Shown: positions 48,816 through 60,165, counted from the stretch's first letter. The stretch is DNA of 64,000 bases from an uncultured Gemmatimonadales bacterium (GCA_963741945.1 CAVUKA010000001.1:64001-128000), one strand, 5' to 3'. The notes: a model not told the origin generated them from the sequence alone. A program made the numbers and translations.

Positions 48816-50637
48816 GCTTCCGCACGCGTCTGCTCGCCGCCGGGCTCCTGCTGGCCGTGGCCCCGCTCGCGTTCTTCGGCGTGCGCGCGCGGCAGGAGGT
48901 CTCGGCCCGGCTCCGGGCGCTGGACCAGCGGCGCGTGGACGGACTCGCCACCCTCATCCAGCAGGAGCTCGGGCGCCAGTCGGATGCCATTGCCACGCGC
49001 CTCGACCGCCTGGCCGCGGCCATGGCGGACGACAACCGGCTGCGCGTGGCGGTCCGGGGCGGCACCGGTGCGGACCGCGCCTACCTCCTCGACTACGCCC
49101 CGCGCGCCATGCCTCTCTCCGGCCTCGATGCTCTGCGCATCCAGGCGGCGGACGGGCGCGTCCTCAGCTCGGGGCATTTCCGGAACGAGTACGACGTGGT
49201 CGACCCGGCGCTGCCGGAAGCGCTCCGTCGAGCGGGCGACGAGGGCGCCCTCGTCGCGATGCCCACCGCTTCGGGCTCGCTGCTCGCCCTGGCGCGTGCC
49301 CGGTCGGTCCGCCTCGGCACCGGCACCCTCATCCTGGTGGGCGGACTCACCGTGGACGAGGCGTTTCTCGAGCGCCTGGCCCGCGGCACGGGTCTCGACG
49401 TGACCCTGCGCGGGGCACCGGGCGGAGAGCCGGGGCGGGCGGGCCCCCCGACGGGTGACGCCGGCTCCCGCACTGCGCATGATCCGGGGCCGCGAACGGC
49501 CGGCGCCGTGTCCGGCCCCGGAGACTACGTGCGCGTGGTGCAGATCCGGGCAGTGGATGACGATGACGGCATGGCCCGCTTCGAAGTTCGCGCCTCCAGC
49601 GCACCGCTGGCGGCCGTCCTGCGCAGCCTGGATCGCTGGCTCCTGGTCGCACTGGCGGCCGCCGTGCTCCTCGCCCTGCTGCTGGCGCTCCTGGTCGCGC
49701 GCCGCCTGGGACGCCCCATCGCGGCGCTGGCCGGCAAGGCGGAAGCGCTGGACCTGGACCGCCTCGATGTCTCGTTCGCCACGGACCGCGGCGATGAGAT
49801 CGGAACACTTTCCCGCGTGCTCGATGGCATGGTGGCCCGCCTGCGCGCCAGCGCCGCGCGCCTGCGGGAGGCCGAGCGCCGCGCCACGATCGGCGAGATC
49901 GCGCGGCAGGTGAACCACGACGTCCGCAACGGGCTGATCCCCATCCGGAACGTGGTCTCCCACCTTGCGGAACTCGCGCGCGACCGGCCGGACGAGCTGC
50001 CGGCGGTGTTCCGAGAGCGGCAGCAGACGCTGGAATCCAGCGTCGCATACCTCCAGACCCTCGCCAGCCAGTACGCCCGCCTGTCGCCGCGTGCGGAGCG
50101 CCGACCCTGCGACCTCAACGCCATCGTCCGGGAGGTGGCGGGCGACACCCGGCCGCCCACGCCCCCGGACTCCCAGCAGGAGACGCGGCCGGCGAGCGGG
50201 AGCGGACGTGCGACGCCCCCGGTCGCCCTCCGCCTGGGCCCCGGTCTCCCGCTCGTGACGGCCGACCCCGTGGCGCTCCGGCGCATCGTCGAGAACCTGG
50301 TGGTGAACGCCCTGGAGAGCCTCCCGGATGGCCGCGGCGGCGTCACCATCGCCACCCGCCCGGATGGCGGCGCCGTGGTCCTCGAGGTGGCCGATACGGG
50401 AACGGGGATGCCGCCGGAGGAGCGCGACCGCATCTTTCAGGACTTCTATACGACGAAGGAACGGGGAACGGGGCTCGGGCTCTCCATTGTGCGGCGGCTG
50501 GTCAGCGACCTGGGCGGGCGCATCACGGTCGACAGCTCACCCGGCGTCGGCAGCCGGTTCCGGGTCGAGCTGCCCGCCCCGGCCGGGCCCGGCCGCGCGG
50601 CGAGCGCCGATCCCGACAGCAGCGCGGAGGCGAGGAC

Positions 50638-50641
<4 letters not shown>
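48812..50641 (+). CDS. HAMP sensor histidine kinase (NtrY-like)
   Basis: GTG start overlapping the upstream stop; 2 TM, HAMP DEIG.L, H-box NHDVRNGLIPI, NLVVNA, DTGTG, TTKERGTGLGL. Confidence 0.92.
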
Positions 50642-52014
<1,373 letters not shown>

Positions 52015-52060
52015 CCGCCTCGCGGCGCCGCCGGCTCCGTCCGCCCAGGCCGGCCCTGGC

Positions 52061-52110
52061 GTGTCCATGTGGACACAAACAGGCCGATCTGCACGTGTCC
52101 GCCGCGACAC
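52061..52110. promoter_or_regulatory. Tandem palindromic enhancer (UAS) sites GTGTC-N6-GACAC
   Basis: GTGTCCATGTGGACAC (52061-76) and GTGTCCGCCGCGACAC (52095-110). Confidence 0.7.
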
Positions 52111-52197
52111 ATCCCACTTCGAGCATCGGGTCGGTCGAATGCGCTAAGCCCATTTCCGACAATACTTTATGTCCTTCTGCGTGAAGGTGCGCCGCAA

Positions 52198-52213
52198 CGG
52201 CTGAACCCTTGCC
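52198..52213 (+). promoter_or_regulatory. Sigma54 -24/-12 promoter of the TPR gene
   Basis: cGGctgaacccTTGCc = GG-N10-GC, about 90 bp downstream of the UAS pair. Confidence 0.55.
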
Positions 52214-52275
52214 CTCCTCCAGACCGAGAGCAGGACCCCGCGCCGGGGAGCGGCGCACTGCGGAAGGAGGCAACC

Positions 52276-53655
52276 ATGATCCGGATTCGAGGCGGAATGA
52301 GCGCGCTGGTGGTCGGGCTGGCCGTTGGGGCCGTCACGGCGTGTGCGGACGAGCCCGCGACGGCATCCGCGAAGAGCGGGGCGAAGGTGCCGGCGCGGCA
52401 GGTCGCGGCCGTGGCCGCCGTTTCCCCGGCACCTAGGCCGGCGCCGGTGGCAATGGCGAGTGCGGAGCCGGTCGCTCCGGAGGAAGTGGCGAACGTTACA
52501 TACGGCGAGGCGGAGCGCGTCTACCGGTCCGGCGACTATGGCAGGGCGGCCGATCTGTTCGAGGCGTACGCGACGCGACGGGCGGACAACCCGTGGGGTC
52601 ACTACATGCTCGGGATCGCCGCGTGGAAGGCGGGCGACCATGCCCGCGCCGAAGAGGCGCTGCGGCGAACGCTCGACGTCTCTCCTGACCACCGGAAGGG
52701 GCTGATCAATCTCGCCCGGGTGCTGCTGGAAGAGGGCAATGCGTCGGACGCCCTGGAGTACGCGGAGCGGGTCGTCGCACTGGATTCCACGTCGGGACCG
52801 ACGTGGCGCGTGCTGGGGAACGCGAGGTCCGACCTGGGAATGGTGGACGACGCCGTCGCCGCCTACCGTCGGGCGCTGACCATCGACCACCGGGACGCAT
52901 GGACCATGAACAACCTCGGGCTGCTCATGATCCGGGAGGGACGATACGACGAGGCGCTCCCGCCGCTGGCGCGCGCCACCGAGCTGCGCCCCGACGTCCC
53001 CACGTTCCAGAACAACCTCGGAACGGCGCTCGAGCGGAGCGGACACGCCGTCGGGGCGATGGCCGCCTTCTCGGCCGCGCTCGCTGCGGATTCCACCTAT
53101 GAAAAGGCCCGGATCAGCCTGGACCGGATCCAGGCGCGGGGAATCCCCGGCGATGCCGAGCCCGTGGACCTGGCCGGGCTCGCGCGCTCGTTCGCCGACG
53201 AGGTGACGGGGTGGCAGGAGGCGCCGGACCGGACCGCACACCCGGTCCAGGAGGGGGAGGCGGACTTCCGACAGGGGGAGCCGGCCTTCCGGGAGGGCGG
53301 AGCGCAGCCGGCGGCGGGTGCGGCGGGTGCGGCGGGTGCGGCGGGTGCGGCGGGTGCGGCGGGTGCGGCGGGTGCGGCGGGTGCGGCGGGTGCGGCGGGT
53401 GCGGCGGGTGCGGCGGGTGCGGCGGGTGCGGCGGGTGCGGCGGGTGCGGCGGGTGCGGCGGGTGCGGCGGGTGCGGCGGGTGCGGCGGGTGCGGCGGGTG
53501 CGGCGGGTGCGGCGGGTGCGGCGGGTGCGGCGGGTGCGGCGGGTGCGGCGGGTGCGGCGGCGGGCGGCGCCGAAGCCCAGGCGGGCCGGGGGCGGACACC
53601 GATTCCGTCGGCTGACGCGGCTGCCGGGGTTCGCCCGGCCGATTCCGTCGGCTGA
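52276..53655 (+). CDS. TPR-repeat lipoprotein with (AAG)27 tail
   Basis: AGGAGG RBS, lipobox VTAC, multiple TPRs (HYMLG, NLARVL, MNNLG, QNNLG). Confidence 0.88.
   Translation: MIRIRGGMSALVVGLAVGAVTACADEPATASAKSGAKVPARQVAAVAAVSPAPRPAPVAMASAEPVAPEEVANVTYGEAERVYRSGDYGRAADLFEAYATRRADNPWGHYMLGIAAWKAGDHARAEEALRRTLDVSPDHRKGLINLARVLLEEGNASDALEYAERVVALDSTSGPTWRVLGNARSDLGMVDDAVAAYRRALTIDHRDAWTMNNLGLLMIREGRYDEALPPLARATELRPDVPTFQNNLGTALERSGHAVGAMAAFSAALAADSTYEKARISLDRIQARGIPGDAEPVDLAGLARSFADEVTGWQEAPDRTAHPVQEGEADFRQGEPAFREGGAQPAAGAAGAAGAAGAAGAAGAAGAAGAAGAAGAAGAAGAAGAAGAAGAAGAAGAAGAAGAAGAAGAAGAAGAAGAAGAAGAAGAAAGGAEAQAGRGRTPIPSADAAAGVRPADSVG
53311..53553 (+). repeat. Perfect 9-bp tandem repeat (gcggcgggt) x27, in frame
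   Basis: Direct count; encodes Ala-Ala-Gly. Confidence 0.95.
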
Positions 53656-53678
53656 CGCGGCTGCCGGGGTTCGCCCGG
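53599..53678. repeat. 40-bp exact direct repeat x2 across the TPR gene stop
   Basis: ccgattccgtcggctgacgcggctgccggggttcgcccgg at 53599 and 53639. Confidence 0.9.
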
Positions 53679-53959
53679 CAAGGTTCAACGCCGAGTCCCC
53701 GCAGGCCGCCCGCCGCCCTGTGGGGACTCGGCTTCCTTCGTCATACGGCCTCCGGCCATGCGGCGGGCTGCGTTGGCGGCCACGCCAGGTGACGGCCGCG
53801 GGGCCGGAGGGCGGCCGTCCGCCCGCTCAGGGTGGCGGCCTGCAACCGGGCGATGGACGCGCTCCGGGCGGTCGGCCTTCCTCCGGGCGATGGCCGCGCT
53901 CCGGGCGCCAGCCTGCCTCCGGGCGGTCAAAGTCTGTCACGGGAAAGGGCCTCTGGTGT

Positions 53960-54068
53960 CCGGATGCAGATTCGTCTCGGAACTCGAGCGAAATCTGCAT
54001 CCGGTTGCTCCCTTCTCCACGACGCGTGCGCGATCAGTCTCGCTTTCCGATCGAAATCCGCATCCGGT
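53960..54068. repeat. REP-like palindrome plus a partial second copy downstream of the DUF559 gene
   Basis: ccggatgcagatt/aatctgcatccgg 13-bp perfect arms; cgaaatc(t/c)gcatccggt repeated at 53989 and 54052. Confidence 0.75.
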
Positions 54069-54150
54069 CACTCGGGTTGGGTGCGCGATCCTGCTCGCCT
54101 GCCCGGGGCAGCCGAGGCCGCACCCACGGTCTCTCCGCTCCCCGCGAGGC

Positions 54151-55113
54151 CTACCCCCTGCCCCGCTCGCGCCGGTCGCGTGCGGCGAGGGCGAGGATCT
54201 GGCCGACCTGGACGGCGGTGGGAAGGGCATCGCGGGTGATCTGTCGCCAGGTGAGGCGGACCACCTGGATGCTGCGGGCACGCAGCCAGGCATCCTTGCG
54301 CCGGTCGCCTTCGAAGCGGGGGTCGGCGGAGTGGTAGGCGCGGCCATCGACCTCCACGGCCACGCCTACGTCGGGCCACAGGAAGTCCAGCTCGTACGGT
54401 CCAACGCGGGCGTTGGCGAGGGGCCGCGGCAGGCCGGCCGACTCAAACAGGTCGAGGCAGCGCCGTTCGGCCACGGAGCGCGTGAACGGCGGTCCGCCCT
54501 CCTCCTCGACGACGGCGCGCAGGAGCGCCGTTCCTCGCCGGCGCCGATACCGAAGCAGGAGCGCGGACAGCTCTTCGGGGCGGATGAGGCCCTGGCGCCG
54601 GGCGGTGGCGACGGCGAGTTCCACCTCCCGGCGCCCGAGCATGCCCGCGAGGTCCACGAGGGTGCGGCCGGCGCACGTGACGGGGATCCCGCGGATCACG
54701 GAACGTTCATCGTCGTCGATGCGACGCACCCGGTGGAAGCAGACTCCCTCTGCGGACGGCCGGGCGCACGCCGTTCCGGTGACGTGTCGCGGCCCGTCAG
54801 GATCGATCGGGCGGAGGCCGAGCGCCGCGGCGGCCGTCGTATGGCTCAGCAGGGCGCCGACGCCCCCTGCCAGCACGGCGGCCATGTCGCGTGCCGCCTC
54901 CGGCACGACCGGGCCGAGGACGTACACGCCGCGGTGGAGCGCGCGCAGTCGCCGCGCCCGGAGGCTGCGCCCGATGGCGGCCGGCGAGAGGCCGGCCTCG
55001 AGCAGCTGCGGACGGGTGATCACGCCCTGCTGGCGGCGGGCGACTACCTCGATCCGCTCCTCGATCCCCCGTCGGCGCGGGGTGCCCGGGGTGGCTTCGA
55101 GGGTGCGCGGCAT
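54151..55113 (-). CDS. AbiEi-like antitoxin N-domain plus DUF559 (Vsr-like PD-(D/E)xK) protein
   Basis: RQQGVITRPQL..AG, LHRGVY, LSHTTAA, GIPVT..RTLVDLA, RSVAE, DFLW, VEVDGRAYH, DRRKD. Confidence 0.88.
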   Translation of the reverse strand: MPRTLEATPGTPRRRGIEERIEVVARRQQGVITRPQLLEAGLSPAAIGRSLRARRLRALHRGVYVLGPVVPEAARDMAAVLAGGVGALLSHTTAAAALGLRPIDPDGPRHVTGTACARPSAEGVCFHRVRRIDDDERSVIRGIPVTCAGRTLVDLAGMLGRREVELAVATARRQGLIRPEELSALLLRYRRRRGTALLRAVVEEEGGPPFTRSVAERRCLDLFESAGLPRPLANARVGPYELDFLWPDVGVAVEVDGRAYHSADPRFEGDRRKDAWLRARSIQVVRLTWRQITRDALPTAVQVGQILALAARDRRERGRG

Positions 55114-55326
55114 GATTCAGGGAGGCACGGAGATCCGGAGGCCGGGTGCACGGCGGCGGGAGCCTCCCGCCTGCCCGAGGTCACGGTGTGGATCGCGGCG
55201 GGGCACGTCCATGGCGGAATGCGACGAAGCCCCCGCAGCTCCGCGGCCCGCGCCGGCGCCCCGGAAGCAATGCCGGGGCCCCCGCCCCCCTCGCGCCCGC
55301 CGAACGCCGGCCTGCCGCGGCTCTCC

Positions 55327-56931
55327 TCAGACGCCGGGCATCGCCTTCTTCAGGGGCCGGAGCAGGAGGAGCAGGAGCGCGGCCATGGCGGCGGCCATGG
55401 CGGCGAGGGTGATGAAGAAGCCGGCGTGGCTCCAGAGGTCCCAGAAGCGGCCGATCGCGGTCAGCTTGTTGCCAATGGCGGTAGCGGCGAACCAGCCGCC
55501 CATCATGAGGCCGCGCATGCGGATGGGCGCCACCTTCGAAACGAGGGCGAGCCCCATGGGGCTGAGCATCAGCTCGCCGAGCGAGAGGACGCCATAGGCC
55601 AGGATCAGCCACCAGGGCGAGACGCGGTGGGTGGGCGCGGCCTGGATGCCGTTTCCGGCATCGCCTTCCATGCGCACGAACTGGCCGGTGTGCACGTCAG
55701 TTCCCGCCGGCAGTCGCGCCAGCCAGAGGTCGCGGCCGTCGTCCGTCCGCAGGACGGGCCGGGACGAGATGGCCAGGTGCCGGCGCGCTTCGGGTGAGAT
55801 GTGGACCAGCACCTGGCCGTCGGTGACCTGGGCCACGCGGAACACGGGACGATCGAAGCCGCCCGCGCGGGCGGCGAAGAAGAGGATGGTGAAGGAGGCG
55901 GCGGTCAGCAGCATGCCGACCATCATCTTCGCCGGCGTGGACGGCTCGAGCCCCTTCCGGTCCAGCCATCCCCAGAAGGAGGCCAGCGGGAGGGATAGGA
56001 GAATGATCCACATCGGGTTGATGGCGTTTGACAGGATGCCGGTGACGTTCCAGTCGGTGTGGTCGTTCGCCCAGAAGGTGAGCGTGATACTGTTCTGGTG
56101 GAAGATCATCCAGAACACGATCACGATGGCGAAGATGACCAGCAGCGCGATGATCCGCTTCCACTCCGGAACGGCGTCCATGGCCTGTGCCCTCTCGTTG
56201 ACGACGGGGGGCAGGTCCTCCGTCGTCGCCACGGCCTGCTGATGGCCGGTGGAGGCATCGGTGCGGGCGAAGTCCGCGCGCGCGGCGGCGCCGGCCGCCC
56301 GGTCCCGCGGCGTGTCGGCATCCCGCACGTAGCGCTGGTTGGAGGCGAAGAGGGTGAGGCCGATGAGCATTCCGACGGCGCCCATGGCGAACGCGATGTT
56401 GAAGCCGAAGCGGGGCTGGATGATCTCGGCCAGGACCGGGGCGATGAAGGCGCCGATGTTGATCCCCATGTAGAAGATCAGGTACGCCTTGTCCTTGAGC
56501 CGGCTACCCTCGGGATAGAGGTTGCCGACCATGGATGACACGTTCGGCTTGAACAGCCCGTTGCCGATCACGAGCAGGCCCAGGGCGGTGTAGAAGAGCG
56601 GCAGGCTGTGGGGGACGGCCAGGAGCGAGTAGCCGGCCACGAAGAACAGCGCGCCGAGCATGATGGCGCGGCGGAAGCCGAGGATGCGGTCCGCCAGGAA
56701 GCCGCCGAGGAGCGGGCTGAAGTAGACGAAGCCCAGATACCATGAGCTGAGGACGGCGGCCTGCGCGTTGCTGAAGCCGAAGCCCTGCGTAGCATCCCGC
56801 ACGTACAGGGCGAGCATGCCATTGACCGTGTAGAAGCCGAAGCGCTCCCACATCTCGGTGCCGAACAGGACATACAGCCCGCGCGGGTGCTTCTGCGCGG
56901 CGGCGTTCGCACGGGGAGCGGTCGTTGCCAT
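55327..56931 (-). CDS. POT/PTR proton-dependent oligopeptide transporter
   Basis: HPRGLY, EMWERFGFY, GNGLFKPN, FYMGINIG, GELMLSPMG. Confidence 0.95.
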   Translation of the reverse strand: MATTAPRANAAAQKHPRGLYVLFGTEMWERFGFYTVNGMLALYVRDATQGFGFSNAQAAVLSSWYLGFVYFSPLLGGFLADRILGFRRAIMLGALFFVAGYSLLAVPHSLPLFYTALGLLVIGNGLFKPNVSSMVGNLYPEGSRLKDKAYLIFYMGINIGAFIAPVLAEIIQPRFGFNIAFAMGAVGMLIGLTLFASNQRYVRDADTPRDRAAGAAARADFARTDASTGHQQAVATTEDLPPVVNERAQAMDAVPEWKRIIALLVIFAIVIVFWMIFHQNSITLTFWANDHTDWNVTGILSNAINPMWIILLSLPLASFWGWLDRKGLEPSTPAKMMVGMLLTAASFTILFFAARAGGFDRPVFRVAQVTDGQVLVHISPEARRHLAISSRPVLRTDDGRDLWLARLPAGTDVHTGQFVRMEGDAGNGIQAAPTHRVSPWWLILAYGVLSLGELMLSPMGLALVSKVAPIRMRGLMMGGWFAATAIGNKLTAIGRFWDLWSHAGFFITLAAMAAAMAALLLLLLRPLKKAMPGV

Positions 56932-57132
56932 ATCCTTCGGCCTCCTCATCGTGGATCGGGGAGCCGGTGGTCCGGGAGTGCGACGCCGGCAGGTCGCGCA
57001 TTCTGATTGCCGCGGCACTGGGGCGCAATGGTCGCGCAGTCGCCCTCCGGAGCTCGGCTCCCGCTTGACTCGTCGGAGGCGGCTCCGTCAAACTCCCCTG
57101 CCCACATCCTCTTCCCCGACCCCCGCGCTGCC

Positions 57133-58326
57133 ATGGCCACGCTCCATCCCGCCGAGACTCCCGATACCGTCCGCGAAGCCGTGATCGAGTGGCGCCGGGA
57201 CCTCCACCGCCACCCCGAGCTCTCCTTCCACGAGGAGCGAACGGCGGCGTTCGTGGCCGAGAAGCTGGAGGGGTTCGGCGGGCTCGAGATCTCCCGCCCC
57301 ACCCCCACCAGCGTGATGGCGCGCCTGCACGGTGCTGCGGGCCCCGGAGCGGTCCTGGCGATCCGTGCCGACATGGACGCGCTCCCGGTCCAGGAGCGCA
57401 ACACCCACGACTTCGTATCCACCCGCCCCGGCGTCATGCACGCGTGCGGGCACGATGGCCACACGGCCATGCTCCTGGGTGCCGCGCGCGTGCTGACGTC
57501 ACGGCGCGCGCAGCTCACCGGCGAAGTCCGCTTCCTTTTCCAGCACGCGGAAGAGCTTTTTCCGGGTGGGGCGCAGCAGATGGTGGACGCCGGCGTGCTC
57601 GAGGGCGTGGACGTCGTCATCGGCGCCCACCTGTGGAGTCCGCTCGAGTTCGGGAAAGTCGGCGTGAAGTCGGGACCGTTCATGGCCGCGCCCGACACTT
57701 TCCTCGTCCGGGTCCGGGGAAGCGGTGGACACGCGGCGCTGCCCCACCAGACGGTGGACGCCGTCGCGGTGGCCGCGCAGGTCGTCACCAACCTGCAGCA
57801 CGTGGTGGCGCGCAACGTGGACCCGCTGGAGCCGGCCGTGCTCTCCGTGACGCGGATCGCGGGCGGGACCACGAACAACGTCATCCCCGGGGAAGTCGAG
57901 CTGGAAGGGACGGTGCGCACGTTCGATCCGGAGCTGCGCGAGCGAATGCCGGAGCTGATGCGCCGGGTCATCGGCGGCATCACCAGCGCGCACGGTGCGA
58001 GCTTCGAGATGGAGTACGAGATGGGATACCGTCCGGTGGTGAACGACGACGCCGCCAGCGAGCTCCTGCGCCGCGCTGTCGTCGCCGCGCTGGGTGAGGA
58101 CGCCCTGGTGGAAGCCGACCCGGTCATGGGGGGCGAGGACTTCTCCGCCTATCAGCAGGCCGTGCCGGGCGCGTTCTTCTTCATCGGTGCCCGGAACGAA
58201 CAAGCGGGCATCGTGCACCCTCACCACCACGATCGCTTCGATGTGGACGAGCGGGCGCTCGACCATGGCACGCGCATCTTCGTCGCGGCGGCCCTCGACG
58301 TCCTGGGAACCGGCGACCATGACTGA
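57133..58326 (+). CDS. M20D amidohydrolase (aminoacylase-like)
   Basis: RRDLHRHPELS, RADMDALP, HACGHDGH, FQHAEE, GEDF, HHH.FD. Confidence 0.95.
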   Translation: MATLHPAETPDTVREAVIEWRRDLHRHPELSFHEERTAAFVAEKLEGFGGLEISRPTPTSVMARLHGAAGPGAVLAIRADMDALPVQERNTHDFVSTRPGVMHACGHDGHTAMLLGAARVLTSRRAQLTGEVRFLFQHAEELFPGGAQQMVDAGVLEGVDVVIGAHLWSPLEFGKVGVKSGPFMAAPDTFLVRVRGSGGHAALPHQTVDAVAVAAQVVTNLQHVVARNVDPLEPAVLSVTRIAGGTTNNVIPGEVELEGTVRTFDPELRERMPELMRRVIGGITSAHGASFEMEYEMGYRPVVNDDAASELLRRAVVAALGEDALVEADPVMGGEDFSAYQQAVPGAFFFIGARNEQAGIVHPHHHDRFDVDERALDHGTRIFVAAALDVLGTGDHD

Positions 58327-58678
58327 CGCGCGCACCGGCGACGGCCCCGGCCACGCGGACGATCCCGGCAGCGACGGCCCCGGCCACGCGGACGATCCCG
58401 GCAGCGGCGGCGTCGGCCACACGGACGATCCCGGCAGCGGCGGCGCCCCGGAGAACGGCGGTCGCCGCGGCCTCCGCGCCTACCACCTCCTGGCGCTGCT
58501 CCCCCCGCTCGGGATGCTGGGCGGAATCCCGTTCGCCAACCGAACGGAGCCGTACGTGCTCGGCCTCCCGTTCCTCCTCTTCTGGATCCTGGCGTGGGTG
58601 GTGGGCACCTCGGCGGTGCTCGCCGTCATCTATGGCCTCGACAGCCGCCGCGCCGCGCGGGGCGAGCCGCTGCCGTGA
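58319..58678 (+). CDS. DUF3311 small membrane protein (SSS accessory)
   Basis: NRTEPYVLGLPFLLFW; overlaps the flanking genes. Confidence 0.85.
   Translation: MTDARTGDGPGHADDPGSDGPGHADDPGSGGVGHTDDPGSGGAPENGGRRGLRAYHLLALLPPLGMLGGIPFANRTEPYVLGLPFLLFWILAWVVGTSAVLAVIYGLDSRRAARGEPLP
58338..58444 (+). repeat. 33-bp tandem repeat x3 (DGPGHADDPGS) in the DUF3311 N-terminus
   Basis: gcgacggccccggccacgcggacgatcccggca twice exactly, third copy diverged. Confidence 0.85.
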
Positions 58679-60165
58679 GCGGGGCTCTGCTCGTCCTGGC
58701 CCTGGTCTTCGCCGTGGCGGTGGCGCTCGGTCTGCTCGCCCGCCGCGGCCACGAGATGAGCCTGGAGCAGTGGAGCGTGGGCGGCCGGGGGTTCGGCACC
58801 ATCTTCGTCTTCCTCCTCCTGGCGGGCGAGATCTACACCACGTTCACGTTCCTCGGCGGAAGCGGCTGGGCGTACGGCAAGGGGGCTCCCGCCTTCTACA
58901 TCCTCTGCTACGGGGCGGTGGCGTACACGTTCTCGTACTTCCTGCTGCCCGTGGTCTGGCGGTACGCGCAGGCCAGGCGGCTGGTCTCGCAGGCGGACTT
59001 CTTCGTGGCCAAGTATGACAGTCGGGCGCTCGGCGTGCTGGTGGCGCTCGTGAGCGTGGCCGCGCTGGTGCCGTACCTGGTGCTCCAGCTGAAGGGGCTC
59101 GGGATCATCGTCTCCGAAGCGTCCTACGGTCGCATCTCCTCCGCCGTGGCGGTCTGGACCGGCAGCGCCGCGCTCGTGGGCTACGTGGTGGTGTCCGGCG
59201 TGCGGGGCTCCGCCTGGACCGCCGCGCTCAAGGACGTGCTGATCCTTGCCGTGGCCGTGGCCCTCGGCGTCTATCTCCCCTGGCACTACTATGGCGGCTA
59301 CGCCGAGATGTTCAGCGCCGTGGAAAACGCCAGGCCGGGCTTCCTCACCCTCCCGCCGAGCGGGATGAGCCCCGCCTGGTTCATCTCCACCGTGATCCTG
59401 ACATCCCTCGGCTTCTACATGTGGCCGCAGTTCTTCGCCGGCGTCTACACCGCACGCGACGAGAACGTCTTCCGACGCAACGCCGTGATGCTCCCCCTCT
59501 ACCAGCTCGTGATCCTCTTCGTCTTCTTCGTGGGGTTCGCCGCCATCCTGGTCGTGCCCGGGCTCCAGGGCGCCGAGGGCGACCTCTCGCTGCTGCGGAT
59601 ATCCCGCCTCAGCTTCGCCCCCTGGATCGTCGGCGTGATCGGCGGCGCGGGCCTGCTCACCGCCCTCGTGCCCGGCTCCATGATCCTCATCACCGCGGCC
59701 ACCATCCTCGCGCAGAACGTCTACCGCGGCGTGCTTCCGGCCACGTCCGAGCGCACCGTGGTCGTGCTCGCCCGCGCCCTGGTCCCCGTGGTGGCGCTGG
59801 CCAGTGCCCTGTTCGCCCTGCACGGCGGCGAGGCGATCGTGACGCTGCTGCTCATGGGCTACAACTTCGTCACCCAGCTCTTCCCCGCCCTCGTCCTGAG
59901 CCTGGGGCGGCGACCGTGGGCGAGCACCGCGGGGGCGTTCTCCGGCATCGTGGCCGGCGAGGCCGTCGTCGCCTGGCTGTCGCTCACCGGGGCATCGCTG
60001 GCAACGCTGCTCCCGAGCGCGCCTCAGCTCGTGAAGGACCTGAACGTGGGCTTCGTTGCGCTCGGCGTGAACGTGATCGTCACGGTCCTCGTGACGCTCG
60101 CGGGCCGGCGCTCCGCCGCTACCACGGCGGGCTCAGGCGTTCGAGGGTTCGTCCTGCGCGGCTGA
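58675..60165 (+). CDS. Sodium:solute symporter (YhjB-like)
   Basis: EQWSVGGRGFG, GEIYTTFTFLG, PYLVLQLKG, GFYMWP, many TM; GTG start. Confidence 0.92.
   Translation: MSGALLVLALVFAVAVALGLLARRGHEMSLEQWSVGGRGFGTIFVFLLLAGEIYTTFTFLGGSGWAYGKGAPAFYILCYGAVAYTFSYFLLPVVWRYAQARRLVSQADFFVAKYDSRALGVLVALVSVAALVPYLVLQLKGLGIIVSEASYGRISSAVAVWTGSAALVGYVVVSGVRGSAWTAALKDVLILAVAVALGVYLPWHYYGGYAEMFSAVENARPGFLTLPPSGMSPAWFISTVILTSLGFYMWPQFFAGVYTARDENVFRRNAVMLPLYQLVILFVFFVGFAAILVVPGLQGAEGDLSLLRISRLSFAPWIVGVIGGAGLLTALVPGSMILITAATILAQNVYRGVLPATSERTVVVLARALVPVVALASALFALHGGEAIVTLLLMGYNFVTQLFPALVLSLGRRPWASTAGAFSGIVAGEAVVAWLSLTGASLATLLPSAPQLVKDLNVGFVALGVNVIVTVLVTLAGRRSAATTAGSGVRGFVLRG

Noticed and set aside
53097-53688. 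Poly-GGC, poly-RRV, poly-PPH and poly-APA ORFs
   Set aside because: Alternative frames of the 9-bp repeat.
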